From assembly GCA_964016885.1 (NCBI GenBank), contig OZ024743.1, positions 149,916,001 to 149,980,000 on the forward strand: a DNA stretch of 64,000 nt, given 5' to 3'. Below, in pieces: positions 41,560 through 57,450 of the stretch. Each line of letters begins with the position of its first letter. Position 1 is the stretch's first letter. Source of the stretch: Eledone cirrhosa (lineage: Eukaryota). A model generated the notes under the pieces. That model ran no database searches. It was given only the letters and a program-made list of their open reading frames with translations, and was not told the DNA's origin. A program made the position numbers and the translations under genes.

Positions 41560-43260
41560 ATGCGAAATTCCATTCCTATGTCCATACTGAATGTATGAAC
41601 TGTCTGTGCAAGGAGATCAATATGTTCATATGATTTCCCAGAAAGTTTTAGGTTATCCATGAACAGTAGGTGGTTTATCTTAAAATTGCAGCCTCCCTAC
41701 TCGTAACCAGCCTTTGACTTGAAAATGGAACCAATGAAAATGGAACCATATACAGTACAAACAGCAAAGGTGAAAGATTGTCTCCCTGAAATATTCCTCT
41801 CTGATCTTCCCAACACAAAATGTCTGTCTACATGATGTCAACTCAGTCTTCCAATCATCCATACTGCTCACCAGAAACTGTCTAATGTCAGCTGCAATAA
41901 CAAACATTTCCAAACATTCTACTATCCTATTATGTGGCACCATGACATAAGCCCTGCAGTAATTGACCCAGACCATGGCAAGATTTTGTGAGTCTCCTTT
42001 TACAATATTTAAAGATCGCCTTATCAATCAACAATTGATACTTAGTCCTCCTGCTTTTTCTCTTACATCCCTTCTGCTCTTCAGGTAGAGTCTGCTCCAA
42101 GTATTCATACATTGCCTCAGCAATGACACCTGTCATAAGCTTTAACATAAGAGGGAGGCAAGAGATAGATCTAAAGTTGTCAACTGCATTTCCATTACTA
42201 GGGTCCTTCAAAGAGAAGATCGCTCTCTAAAAGTTTAGCAATTCTGGCAAACTCTCTCCTCCATTCAAGATCTTATTCAGCTGCTCAGCAATTCTCCCAT
42301 GAAGAATCCTCAGCTTTTTCAACCAGAACCCTTGCACACTGTCTCTGCCAGGAGCTTTCCAATTTGGTATCTTTCTACTGTAGTAATCTTCTTTCTCCTG
42401 ATATAGTACTTCCCTGTAATTTGTTCATTATTTCCCCATTTTTTCATTCACCTAAGCATTTTGATGTCTCCTTCAATTCTACTTTTCCACCATGGTTCCT
42501 TGATCTGCTTTTGTGTAATGTTTCAGACCTAACTCTTTAGCAATGTAGATTAGATTGTTGGTTTCTGTGATGGTTCTAGTTGGTACCTTGTCAAGGATGT
42601 TGTTTACTTTGTTAGTTATTTCTTTTAGTTGACATTGTTTTGCTTTTTTAAATATTTTTGAATTACTGCCTCCTGATTTAGAGATCTCCAGCAATCATCT
42701 GTCTGTCTTTTTCTGATATGCCCTTCAGTTTGTCAATGTTAATGTCACCTCCTGCATCATCTTGAATATTCAACTCCTCTTCTTCCTGTTGGATTCCCTC
42801 ATTTTCCATACTCTCATCTCTATGTGAATCTCCAACATCCTGAGCTTCTATATCCTCCATATCCTCCTGGTTTATCTTTTTCTTTATCATTTCAATCTCA
42901 ATCTCAGGAAGTCATCCGTTTTTGCGTATTGCCCTTGCCTAATCACAAATCCTCTGTTCAGTTACTTCAAAGAAGCCCATCCCCTGCCATACTCATAACA
43001 TCCTTTGTCTATATCCTCTAATTGGCCTGCCATTTGCATTTACAGGCCTGCTTCTAAAATAAAACTCCATAACAGCCTTGTTTACCTCCTTACTCCACTT
43101 CATTCTAGCAGTGTCATGATGACCAGGCCTGTGTTGCTCAACCACTGGACACCTACTGGATGAGGTTCTTTCACTAGTAGCTCCAGCACAATTCACATCT
43201 TTGTATCTTTGTGTAAACAAATGTTTAGTGGTTTTAAGCTTCCACTATGACCAGTAGTTT
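41560..43260 (-). mobile_element. Decayed R4/Dong-clade retrotransposon, N-terminal region through RT domain
   Basis: RMKWSKEVNKAVMEFYFRSRP...RGYRQRML; [20 protein letters not shown]...[20 protein letters not shown]; [16 protein letters not shown]; NHLLFMDNLKL; many frameshifts and stops. Confidence 0.9.
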
Positions 43261-43309
43261 TGTTTTTGAGGCACCATCACTAGAGGGTGACATAAACGAA
43301 TTTAAGGTC

Positions 43310-43520
43310 ACCAATCCAGTATTATTATTCAGACAACATGCTTAACAGCATAGAGGTACGACCCTTTACATTCTGAGTTCAAATCCCATTAAGGTTAGCT
43401 TTGCCTTTCATCCTTACGGGGTCGATAGATAAAGTACCAGTCTTACACTAGGGTCAATTCAACTTTTCCCTCCCACCAAAAGCATTGCTGGCCTTGGGCC
43501 TATAGTAGAAATCATTATTA
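43310..43520 (+). mobile_element. Meta-SINE
   Basis: Homology to 51884-52110. Confidence 0.8.
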
Positions 43521-44818
43521 TTATTATCATCATCATCATCCCTATAATTTTGTCTAAGAAGCATTTTATTTTATTTTTTTCCAAATTTTCAAATTTACTG
43601 AAATAAAAATTATAAAATTTTGTTATGTCATTCACTTTTTAATTTTTTTTTATATCTTAAAATAAGTGATATATAGAATTCAGTTATTATCCTCAGCTTA
43701 ATGAAACTACAATTAATTGGTTCGACAAATAAATTGCAGAATGGCATTCTCAGACAACCACTAATGAATGTGTATGGTACAGCTTTTTTTTTTTTTTACC
43801 AGTGAGACACTTCTATTTATTTATTTATTGCTTTTTTTTAAAAAGTTTCTTTTTAGTTTTTTTATTCCACTTTTCATTTTCCTTTGCATCAGCTTGAAAC
43901 TATGAATTGAAAGCACCCTGGTACCAGCTTTTGTAACTTCATATAAGAAAAATAACTTGCATTTTTAATTGCATCTCTTGGGCAGTAGCAGTGTGTGATA
44001 AAAGTTGTATAGAAAACTGTTTCCAATCTATAGTTGACATCCAAAAGGCTCACAAGAAATATTTGTTCTTCTTTTTTTATTTCCAAATTTCTAGACAAAT
44101 GCAAAAAAGTATATCCAGGTGATGAGAGATCTTGAAACTCATCCAGTGCTCTTTGAGGTTCAAGAATACATATATGTTTATATATACAGAAAGAGCAAGA
44201 GAGAAATACATACATGCATACACATTTACATGCACATATATATGTATTCACACACACATGTGCATATGTATATATACACACACACACACATTTATATATA
44301 TATATATAATAATAATACTATTTATAGTTATGTATATACTATAAACAACTATAAACAGGAAAGGTCAGTAATTTCCTACTACCTTATTACCAGTAAGAGA
44401 AATAGCTCAATGTAAGAACATCAGTTGTTTTACAGAGCATATATATTGATGTTTTGAGCAACAGTTTCGTATTTACAGGGTGGAATGGATGTGACATATA
44501 TTTTACGAGAATTGTACAAAAATTCAAATTCAAATTAAAAGCACAGAGTGGAATACATGCAACAAATAATATAAAAGAATAGTCTAATAATTAAAGAGGC
44601 ATTGAGAAAGAAAGAGTACATTAGCAATACATATGCAAGCGTATATCAATATATATGTATCTATATTATTGTTCAGTTGAATAGGAGGTTAATTACATGT
44701 ACAAACATTGATAATGCTCCGATGACTCCAAACGAGAGTTTGGAAGAAACGATTGTCAGCTATGAAATGATTTGAACACAACTTTGATAATTGTCTAATT
44801 TATTTATTTATTTATATA

Positions 44819-45151
44819 CATGGCTTAGTGGTTAGAGCATTGGCCTTGCAATCGAAAGGTTGTGAGTTCAATTCTCAGACTGGGTGATGTGTTGTTTCCT
44901 TGAGCAAGACACTTTATTTCACATTGCTCCAGTTTACTCAGCTGTAGAAATGAGATGATAGGACTGGGGTCCCTATCATTCCACTGCAAAGTGGTCGTGG
45001 AGGTGCCACGGCAAAAAAGCACCCAGCACTCACTGTAAATGAGGTTGGTGTTAGGAAGGGCATCCAGCTGTAGAAATCAAGCCAGAATCAGTTCCCGTCC
45101 CACCCTTGCAAGCAGGGAAAAAGCGGACGTAAAATGAAATGATGATGATGA
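44819..45151 (+). mobile_element. tRNA-derived SINE with RTE-derived 3' tail
   Basis: A box tggcttagtgg, B box gagttcaattc, body ccttgagcaagacacttta, tail ggttggtgttaggaagggcatccagctgtagaaa...(gat)n shared with the RTE 3' UTR. Confidence 0.88.
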
Positions 45152-46145
45152 TATATATATATATCATCACTGTTTAACATCTATTCTGCCTGATAGCAAA
45201 GTTTGGATGTGCCAGTACTGAAGTGGAGCTACTGACTTCTCTGATGGGCTGGGGGGGGGGGGGGGGGGTCACCATCTCGTCTAAATCCATTTCTGCACTC
45301 TATAAATTGCTCTGATGAGTGAGGGGCTTGCATCTTGCTTTCCTACAATCTCATGCTCTACCAAGTACATTTTCTCATCTCACCAGCAATAGGGAGGTTG
45401 TCATGTCTTTGACCATAATAAATATCCTATTTTCAGCAACAAAGCAGCATTCTTCATATATTTTTCTATTGTTGAGAAATATTAGACATATTGTATACAT
45501 CTACATATAAGGACATGTAGGCATAGGTGTACAGGTATACATACATTTATATGAAGAATATATATATATGTATATATATATATATGTGTGTATATATTTA
45601 TATGTGTATATATTTGTGTATATGTATATATATTGTGTATATATATGTGTATATATTTATATGTGTATATACATGCACATACACAAACGTACATACTCAC
45701 ATATTCACTCATACATATACTTATATAAAGATGTAGCATAACATTCATGCAATTTACTCTAATTATCATCAGTGAAATATTTTTGTATTACACTTGAACT
45801 TTCCATATAATTGTGGTGGTATATATTATTTTATACATTATGCTTGACTTAAAGGAAAAAAAGAAGCATGATCAAATATATTTATATATGTATGTAGTCG
45901 TATGGCTTTCTTTATATATACACAGATGAATGTGTTTGCATTTCTATGACATTTGATTTATGCCAACATATAAATCCTAATATGATTCCTCAGATTATTT
46001 TGGATTTAAAATTTTCTTAATTGAGGTATAGCTAGGCAATTAGTTCCACAAACAAAATTGCCATTCTCTAATGACTGCTGTGAAAATTTTCTTAAAATAT
46101 ATATTCCTACATTCTTCTTGATTTATACCTTCTCTGTATGTATGA

Positions 46146-46197
<52 letters not shown>

Positions 46198-46837
46198 TAC
46201 AGTATCATTCACATGGCTAAATATCTATCTATTTGTATGTTTGTGCCTATTTGTCTGTCTGCTCCCCCCCCCTCCTCTCTCTCTCTCATATACACATATA
46301 TATATTTACATACATACATGGCCTCAGCCGGAAAAAGAGTATATATATATATATAAAATGTGTGTATTTATGTGAGTATATATGTCTGAGTGCATGAGTG
46401 TGTGCATATTCAGCAGATGGTAACATCTTTTTACGTCCCATAGCTCAGTGATTCAACATATGAAGTTCAAAGAATAACTACTTACAAAACAAGTCATGCC
46501 ACAGGAGGAATTGTAAGGCTAATTTCCAACTAGAGAAGGGATTAGTCTTGTTTGCCCCATGGCATGGGTTCTTTTTTGAGGCAATCTTTTACAAACAGAC
46601 ACCCTTTCTAGAGTCAACCCTTTTAGCACAAAGCCAGTAATTTTGGATGAAGAGAAGCTCAATTATATTGACTCCAGTACTTGACTAATACTTTATTTTA
46701 TCTCCCCTGGAAGGATGGAAGGAAATATTGACCATGATGGAACATGTATTCAGGATATAACAAGCTTTATTTTATCAACACAGGGAGAAACAAATGCAAA
46801 GTTGCCCTCAGCAGGATTTGAAACCAATAATAATAAT

Positions 46838-47099
46838 AATTGTTTCAACTTTTGGTACAAGGCCAGCAATTATCCAAGTGCATTACTGGTACTTTATTTT
46901 AAGTAATAATAATTGTTTCTACTTTTGGTACAAGGCCAGCAATTACCCAGTACATTACTGGTACTTTATTTTATCGACCCCCGTAAGGATGAAAGGCAAA
47001 GTTAACTTTGACGGGATTTGAACTCAGACTTGTAAAGGGACGCAACTATGCTGGAAAGCATAGCGTCCAACCCTCTACCGATACTGCCAATTCACCACC
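46838..47099 (-). mobile_element. Meta-SINE with tandemly duplicated 3' end
   Basis: 46838-46900 repeats 46910-46972. Confidence 0.85.
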
Positions 47100-47949
47100 T
47101 TTTAAGTAATAATAATGATTTCTTTATTGGCCACTAGAATGATGTTGATGATTTCTTACATGAGTACACAGTGTCAGATTTATAAGGGTGAGGCAATTTG
47201 ATTGTGTGACATTCATGAATCTTTTTCCAGAACATTAGAAAAAAATACAATGGAGAATGGAAACCAGGTTGTAAGCAAGGCTTGCTGAGAACTTACCCCT
47301 ATTCCTCTGTCTCACCAATATCAATGATGATAATAAATTACACCAAAAGTTAAAAACATAAATAAACATAAAAAAATTGAAAATATACAGTCAAGTGTGT
47401 AGGGGATTTAAAATTCCTTTCTTTATATCTATGAAATTGTCATCAAAGTAGTTTTCAAGCAGCTGGCTAATAGCGCTGTCTGTGGTGAAAGGGATTGCAT
47501 AGCATTTTATGTGCTTGCTGCTGGTGATGATGCAGTAGATCCCTGTTTGCAGTTGGTTGCCATAACAACTAGGCTCACTTGAAAGCAGTTATGAAAATAA
47601 ATTTCTGATAAAGAACTGTTATTCAAAAATGCGAAAGTTGATTTAGGTTATGCTGTGTGTGTGCGTGTGTGTGTACATGCTTGCATTTGTGTTTATGTGT
47701 GACTGGTTAATTATCTATTTATCTGTGTGTGTGTGTGAGTGTGCATGTGTATGTGTACATGCAAGTATATATTTTGATGATGACAATGATTGGGGTAGTG
47801 GGAAGTGAGAGGAATAGAAGACTAGAAAGATTAATTTAAAAAATGTGAAGATTCTATAGTGTATGCCATAAATAAATAAATTAAAATGAAAATTGAAGAT
47901 AATTTTCCACAAGCATTCTATATTGCTTCAAATGCTTTGTGTGTATGTA

Positions 47950-48031
47950 TATAAAAATATATATATATTTATATATGTGTGTGTGTGTGTGTATATACAC
48001 ACACACACACATATATATATATGCATATATG

Positions 48032-48066
<35 letters not shown>

Positions 48067-48067
48067 T

Positions 48068-48100
<33 letters not shown>

Positions 48101-48248
48101 GTGTGTGTGTGCATATTAATGATCATTTGGATTCTATTAGACCCAAAGAATGCATGTGCTATTATATGAATACAAAAAAACAGGTTCATATGTATAAGAG
48201 TGTGCTTATTATATACATTTAATATAAACACACGCATATATAGATATA

Positions 48249-48300
<52 letters not shown>

Positions 48301-48591
48301 CACATACATGCATATATATAAACATACATATATATAGATAGATATATATACATGTATATACATACATGTATATAATAGATATATATACATGTATATATAT
48401 ATATATACATATATGAATATAATATATATATATATATATATAAATGAAAAGTATATATATATATATATATGTTTGTGTATATATATATATATATAAATGA
48501 AAAGTATATATATATATATATGTCTGTGTATATATATGTGTGTGTATATATATATATAAATGAAAAGTATATGTATATATATATATATATA

Positions 48592-48650
<59 letters not shown>
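47950..48650. repeat. Compound (TA)n array with interspersed taaatgaaaag units
   Basis: Direct reading. Confidence 0.9.
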
Positions 48651-48654
<4 letters not shown>

Positions 48655-48762
48655 GGGCAGGTTAAATCTGCATCAATACTTATATTTGGCTATATTAATA
48701 AATTATATCTATGAAAGCAATCAATCAGTTATAACTGTTAGAAATCAATAATCTCTCTCTCT

Positions 48763-48810
<48 letters not shown>

Positions 48811-49056
48811 AACACTCAAATGCACACACACACACACGCACACTTATATACATATATATATACACAGTTCCACATATACATTTATTCAAAGGACTGTGAA
48901 GTTCCCTTTGAAGCCCATGGGCCTCAAATCTTCATTCGTTCTTTCTCGACTCCCTCAGCCCTGGACTGATACAGTACTGACTGATACAACCTTCTATGGT
49001 ACTTTCCCCCTCCCCACAAACACACATATACACACACATATATGTTTGTGTGTGTA

Positions 49057-49093
<37 letters not shown>

Positions 49094-49526
49094 TCATCAT
49101 CATCATCAACGTTTAACGTCCATGTTCCACGCTTGCATGGGTTTGGACGGGGGTAGTCCCACTTGAGGCAAAAGTGATTGTCTTGCTCGCATAGGACTGT
49201 CTGGCAGGTTTTCTACAGTTGGATGCCCTTCCTAACACCAATATATATATATATAGGAATAGGGATAATGGGGATTTGATATAAGCATTATATTGAATTT
49301 AAAAGTTTACCTATAGCACCAGAAGCTATTGCATAACCTAGGTATACTTGTTACGCAATATTGTTCATAATTGTTATATAATTTATTGAAAGGTTCAGAT
49401 AATTCTGGCAAACCAAATATGGATACACACATAACAACTGAATGCATTTCTTCACTAGTGGGCTATTTTACATACTAATCCTAATTTGCATTCTTTAATT
49501 TCAGTAATCAAGGTGTGTGTGTGTGT

Positions 49527-49527
<1 letters not shown>

Positions 49528-49565
<38 letters not shown>

Positions 49566-49790
49566 GTTTTACGTCCGTTCTTCCACGCTAGCATGGGTTA
49601 GACGGGTTGTCCTGTTGTGTGCAGTGTCTGGTCGGCTGACCATGCCTTGCTCATACAGGAACTGATCTGGCTTGATTTCTACAGCTGGATGCCCTTCCTA
49701 ACACCAACCTCATTTACAGTGAGTGCTGGGTGCTTTTTCGTGTGGGCTGGGTGCTTTTTTGTCGTGGCACCTCCACGACCACCTTGCGGT
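49528..49790 (-). mobile_element. RTE-type tail / SINE 3' fragment ending in (GAT)n
   Basis: Reverse complement homology to 44980-45151. Confidence 0.8.
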
Positions 49791-49880
49791 GGGGTGTGTG
49801 GGGGCATATTGTTTATATGCTTCAGCATGTACCCATGGGAGGTCGGGTACTCTGTATTACTGCGTGATGCCAGAAGTCAC

Positions 49881-49935
<55 letters not shown>

Positions 49936-49951
49936 TTGCGAGTATATATAT

Positions 49952-50063
49952 GTAAAAGGTAAACAGAAATAACAACACAATCGGTTCAGTATATGGAAGG
50001 AATATATTAGTTTAATGCTTAAATAGCAGGAAGAGGGTCTTAATGTTTCGGACGCTAGTCCTG
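49952..50063 (-). mobile_element. PLE pLTR remnant truncated inside the hammerhead core
   Basis: Minus strand: aggac tagc gtcc GAAACATT aaga with CUGANGA missing; downstream part homologous to 25571-25660. Confidence 0.55.
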
Positions 50064-50157
50064 TATATATATATATGTACATATATATATATATATATAT
50101 GTATCTATATATGTACATATATATATATATATACACACATATATATATATATATATA

Positions 50158-50205
<48 letters not shown>

Positions 50206-50771
50206 TACATATATATATATATAAATATATATATATATAAATATATATATATATATCAGTTCCCGTCCCACCCTTGCAAGCAGGCAAAAGCAGACGTAAA
50301 ATGATGATGATGTTGATATATAACACTCTGTAATTTCCAAGTAGTATGTAACATGCTTTTTCTAAGGGCTTTAGATGTCAATGCAGTTGTGTGCAGACAC
50401 CGACACCTTCTTGAACATCCCTCCCTTGATCCAGCAGAACATCTAATGTGACGCTTGCAAGGAGAGAGACTAGAAATAGGTAGTAGCTTAACCACTACCA
50501 TGCTAGTCAATAATTCGATCTACCACCACCAATTCACCCTCTGATCGTAAAACAATGAACTAATTAACTACTCACCTCCGACTTCTGTCTGTTTGTCATT
50601 GTTCTATACACAAACACATATACATAAATGCCTCTACAACCTGGGCAGATCTTCTTCAAGGAAACCTTAACTGGTGGTCACCTACTACAAACATTACTGT
50701 TCACACCGCCTAATCTCACTGCTACCATCAGTTCTAACAATGTTATCAGCCCCACCACAACCAGGTGGAAT

Positions 50772-50832
<61 letters not shown>

Positions 50833-50847
50833 CAACAGTTCAGATAT

Positions 50848-50917
50848 GGCTGAGCTCAAGCCGTTTCGACGGCTAATTCTGGACTGAATTAGCCGTCGAA
50901 ACGGCTTGAGCTCAGCC
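50848..50917. repeat. GC-rich hairpin (32-bp arms, 6-nt loop) within a ~185-bp insert in (TA)n
   Basis: ggctgagctcaagccgtttcgacggctaattc tggact gaattagccgtcgaaacggcttgagctcagcc. Confidence 0.85.
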
Positions 50918-51049
50918 GTCGGGGTCCTACTCGTTCCTATTACCCACTCTACTACCCTAAGTATTGAGTACTCTGGTGCTTTATGGTCCACTTGGTTCCT
51001 TACCACATTTCCTTCGTTATATATATATATATATATCTATATATATATG

Positions 51050-51098
<49 letters not shown>

Positions 51099-51250
51099 GT
51101 ATATATATATGTGTATACATATATATATATATATGTATATATATATCTGTATACATATATGTGTATATATATATGTGTATATATATATGTATATATATAT
51201 ATATGTATATATATATGTATATATATATGTATATATATATATATATATAT

Positions 51251-51630
51251 GGAGGAACATGGCTTAGTGGTTTGTACATTGGCCTTGCAATCCAAAGATT
51301 GTGAGTTCAATTCTCAGACCGGGTGATGTGTTGTTTCCTTGAGCAAGACTCTTTATTTCACATTGCTCCAGTTTACTCACCTGTAGGTCCCTATCATTTA
51401 CTCACCTGGGGTCCCTATCATTCCACTGCAAAGTGGTCGTGGAGGTGCCACGGCAAAAAAGCACCCAGCCCACACTGTAAAGTGGTCATGTAGGTGCCAC
51501 GGAAAAAAAGCACCCAGCACTCGCTGTAAATGAGGTTGGTGCTAGGAAGGGCATCCAGCTGTAGAAATCAAGCCAGAATCAGTTCCCGTCCCACCCTTGC
51601 AAGCAGGGAAAAGCGGAAGTAAAATGATAG
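51251..51630 (+). mobile_element. tRNA-derived SINE with RTE-derived tail, extra subrepeat unit
   Basis: Homologous to 44819-45151. Confidence 0.88.
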
Positions 51631-51883
51631 TGATATATATATTATATATATGTATAATATATATATATATATATCATCATCATTTCTGTTTAACAACAAT
51701 TTTTCCACACCGGAAGGTGAGTCTGACCACGGTTGACCATGTGAGTGTCTGCTCCGGTAAGGACTGGGCATTTTACAGCTGGATGCCCTTCCTAACACCA
51801 ACCACATTTAGAGTGAGGAACATATGTATATATATTATGTATATTATATTATATATATGTATATATTATATAAATATATTATA

Positions 51884-52109
51884 GGGCGGTGGATTGGCAG
51901 TATCGGTAGAGAGTCGGACGCCATGCTTTGACACATAGAGTTACGGTCCTTTATGATCTGAGTTCAAATCCCGCCAAGGTTAACTTTGCCTTTCATCCTT
52001 ACGGGGTCGATAAAATAAAGTACCAGTCACCCACTGGGGTCAATTTAATCAATTTCCCCCCCCCCCCCAAAAAAAAATTGTTGGCCTTGTGTCTATATCA
52101 GAAACAATT

Positions 52110-52110
<1 letters not shown>
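51884..52110 (+). mobile_element. Full-length Meta/MESC-domain tRNA-SINE
   Basis: gggcggtggattggcagtatcggtaga head, gagttcaaatccc B box, gcctttcatccttacggggtcgataaaataaagtacc central domain. Confidence 0.88.
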
Positions 52111-55509
<3,399 letters not shown>

Positions 55510-55855
55510 AACAACAACTCAAGGCCAGAGTGGAATATTTACTTGAGTATTTTAATTCAGCCTATGCCAGCATAAAAGAATGGGCCTTAAATGATGATGA
55601 CATTGATGATGATAGCAATCTTTGTAAGATGAAACCACATTATGTCCAAATGTCTGATCTGGAATGCCAAATTCCTGATGAGGTGCTCCTTAGCTTGACA
55701 TGACAGCAATGTTGTACTTTCTTTAGGCCAAGTCAGAGAAGTTGTGTGGGTGGGAGGGCTTCTTTTCCACACAACCAGTTTTCCTCTTCCCTTTTCAAAT
55801 GGCTGCTTTAATGTAGTAGATTTTATTCATTTATTTATTTATTTTATTATTATTA

Positions 55856-55894
<39 letters not shown>

Positions 55895-55896
<2 letters not shown>

Positions 55897-56440
55897 CGCC
55901 GAGGTTGACTTTGCCTTTCATCCTTACGGGGTCGATAAAATAAAGTACCAGTAATGCACTGGGTAATTTGCTGGCCTTGTGCCTAAAGTAGAAACAATTA
56001 TTATTATTATGATTATTATTATTATAAAGGGCGGTGGAGTGGCAGTATCAGTCAAGTTTCAGACACCATGCTTCGTGGCATAAAGTTATGTCCCTTTACA
56101 TTCTGAGTTCAAATCTGCCGAGGTTAGCTTTGCCTTTCATCCTTACGGGCTCGATAAAATAAAGTACCAGTCATACACTGGGGTTGATTTAATTGACTTT
56201 CACCTCGCCTCAATTGCTGGTTTTGTGCCTATAGTAAAAACCATTGGTGAATTGGCAGTATCGGTAGAGGGTTGGACGCCATGCTTTCTAGCATAGTTAC
56301 GTCCCTTTACAGTCTGAGTTCAAATCCCGCCAAGGTTAACTTTGCCTTTCATCCTTACGGGGTCGATAAAATAAAGTACCAGTAATGTACTGGGTAATTG
56401 CTGGCCTTGTGCCTAAAGTAGAAACAATTATTATTATTAT
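55895..56440 (+). mobile_element. Head-to-tail cluster of three Meta-SINE copies in (ATT)n
   Basis: Copies at about 55895-56000, 56029-56243 and 56246-56440. Confidence 0.85.
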
Positions 56441-57450
56441 GTTTCCCCACCTTGTCTCCTTGGCAGAGCTGCAGCCCTGGGTCAAGCGAAGACTGAGAGG
56501 AAGCGCTTGGCGACTAGAATGTCTTCAGGCGCTTACAGCCCTCGACCAGTCGAGCAATACAATCGCTGGAAACTCCACCTTGGCTTTCTATAGAGGGTTA
56601 GTGGAGGGAAAGAGCAACAACGTCCTTGGGGAGACTCTAGGCGTCGACGAAAAGCAACTAGCCAATCTCTTCAGGAGAACTTTCGGGCCGGGGCCCATGG
56701 ACAACTTCCAGAAATCCCTGGCCTGGCAGTGCTACCGAGGAGCCTTGCCAGTTCGGGATAAACTCTACAGGCATGGAAGTGCCGTCAGCCGAGCCTGTCC
56801 GAGATGCGCACAGGGCGATGAAACCGTCCTGCACGCACTTGTCCAGTGTCCGAGCATTGCTGACTTGTGGGTTTATGCTGAACACCTGCTGTCACGTGTA
56901 GAACGGATCCAGCTATCAGCTAAGTCCATTGTGAAAATTGCCCCACCGCCTTCCTTTAGCCAAGAAGGGCAGACAGTTTTTATCTGCCTGGTGGCCATGG
57001 TAAAAGAGATTTTATGGTGGACACATCTGAAAGGGTTGAGGACCGGTACTTTCCTCTTCGGTGACACCCTCATTAACTTTTTCAGGTTTCACCTGAAGAG
57101 GAAAATCAGGGTGGAGAGGGAAGTGCTGACCTCCAGCCAGTTTGTTGAAAGGTGGGTGAGAGAGGCAAGAATGGCCCGTGTAAATGGGTCTACCCTGAGT
57201 GTGTGCCTGTAGCATTGTAGGAGGAAAACTGGAAGAGGGCATTTGCCCTAGCGGTCAGGGTAACTGGTTTTTCTTGTGGGCTTTCTCCACGAGCAACCCT
57301 CGGCGGTCTCCCCCTATTGGGAATTTTTCATTGTTTCCTTTTGTCACACTCTGTTTTTGGGGTTTTTTTACACGCAGAATGCCCATTTGTATTGTCCTGT
57401 GTTGTCCTTAATGTTATACTTTGTGTTAACCCTTGTGGTTAATAAAGAAA
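56441..57450 (+). mobile_element. 5'-truncated L1-Tx1 clade LINE (C-terminal zf-RVT region plus 3' UTR)
   Basis: Open frame with LAWQCYRGALPVRDKL...CPRCAQGDETVLHALVQCP...LW and terminal FVERW; aataaa at the end; flanked by (ATT)n-like tracts. Confidence 0.88.

Noticed and set aside
50329-50774. Solo LTR (TGT...ACA ends)
   Set aside because: No target-site duplication or second copy; insufficient support
51884-51975. tRNA genes
   Set aside because: A/B-box heads belong to SINEs and lack a complete cloverleaf; the same applies at 44819 and 51251
55674-55705. CTGATGA as a hammerhead
   Set aside because: No downstream GAAA core or closing stems; the same applies at about 45312
56385-57212. 275-aa ORF as a host gene
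   Set aside because: The start codon lies in a SINE tail and the body is the C-terminus of a truncated Tx1 LINE
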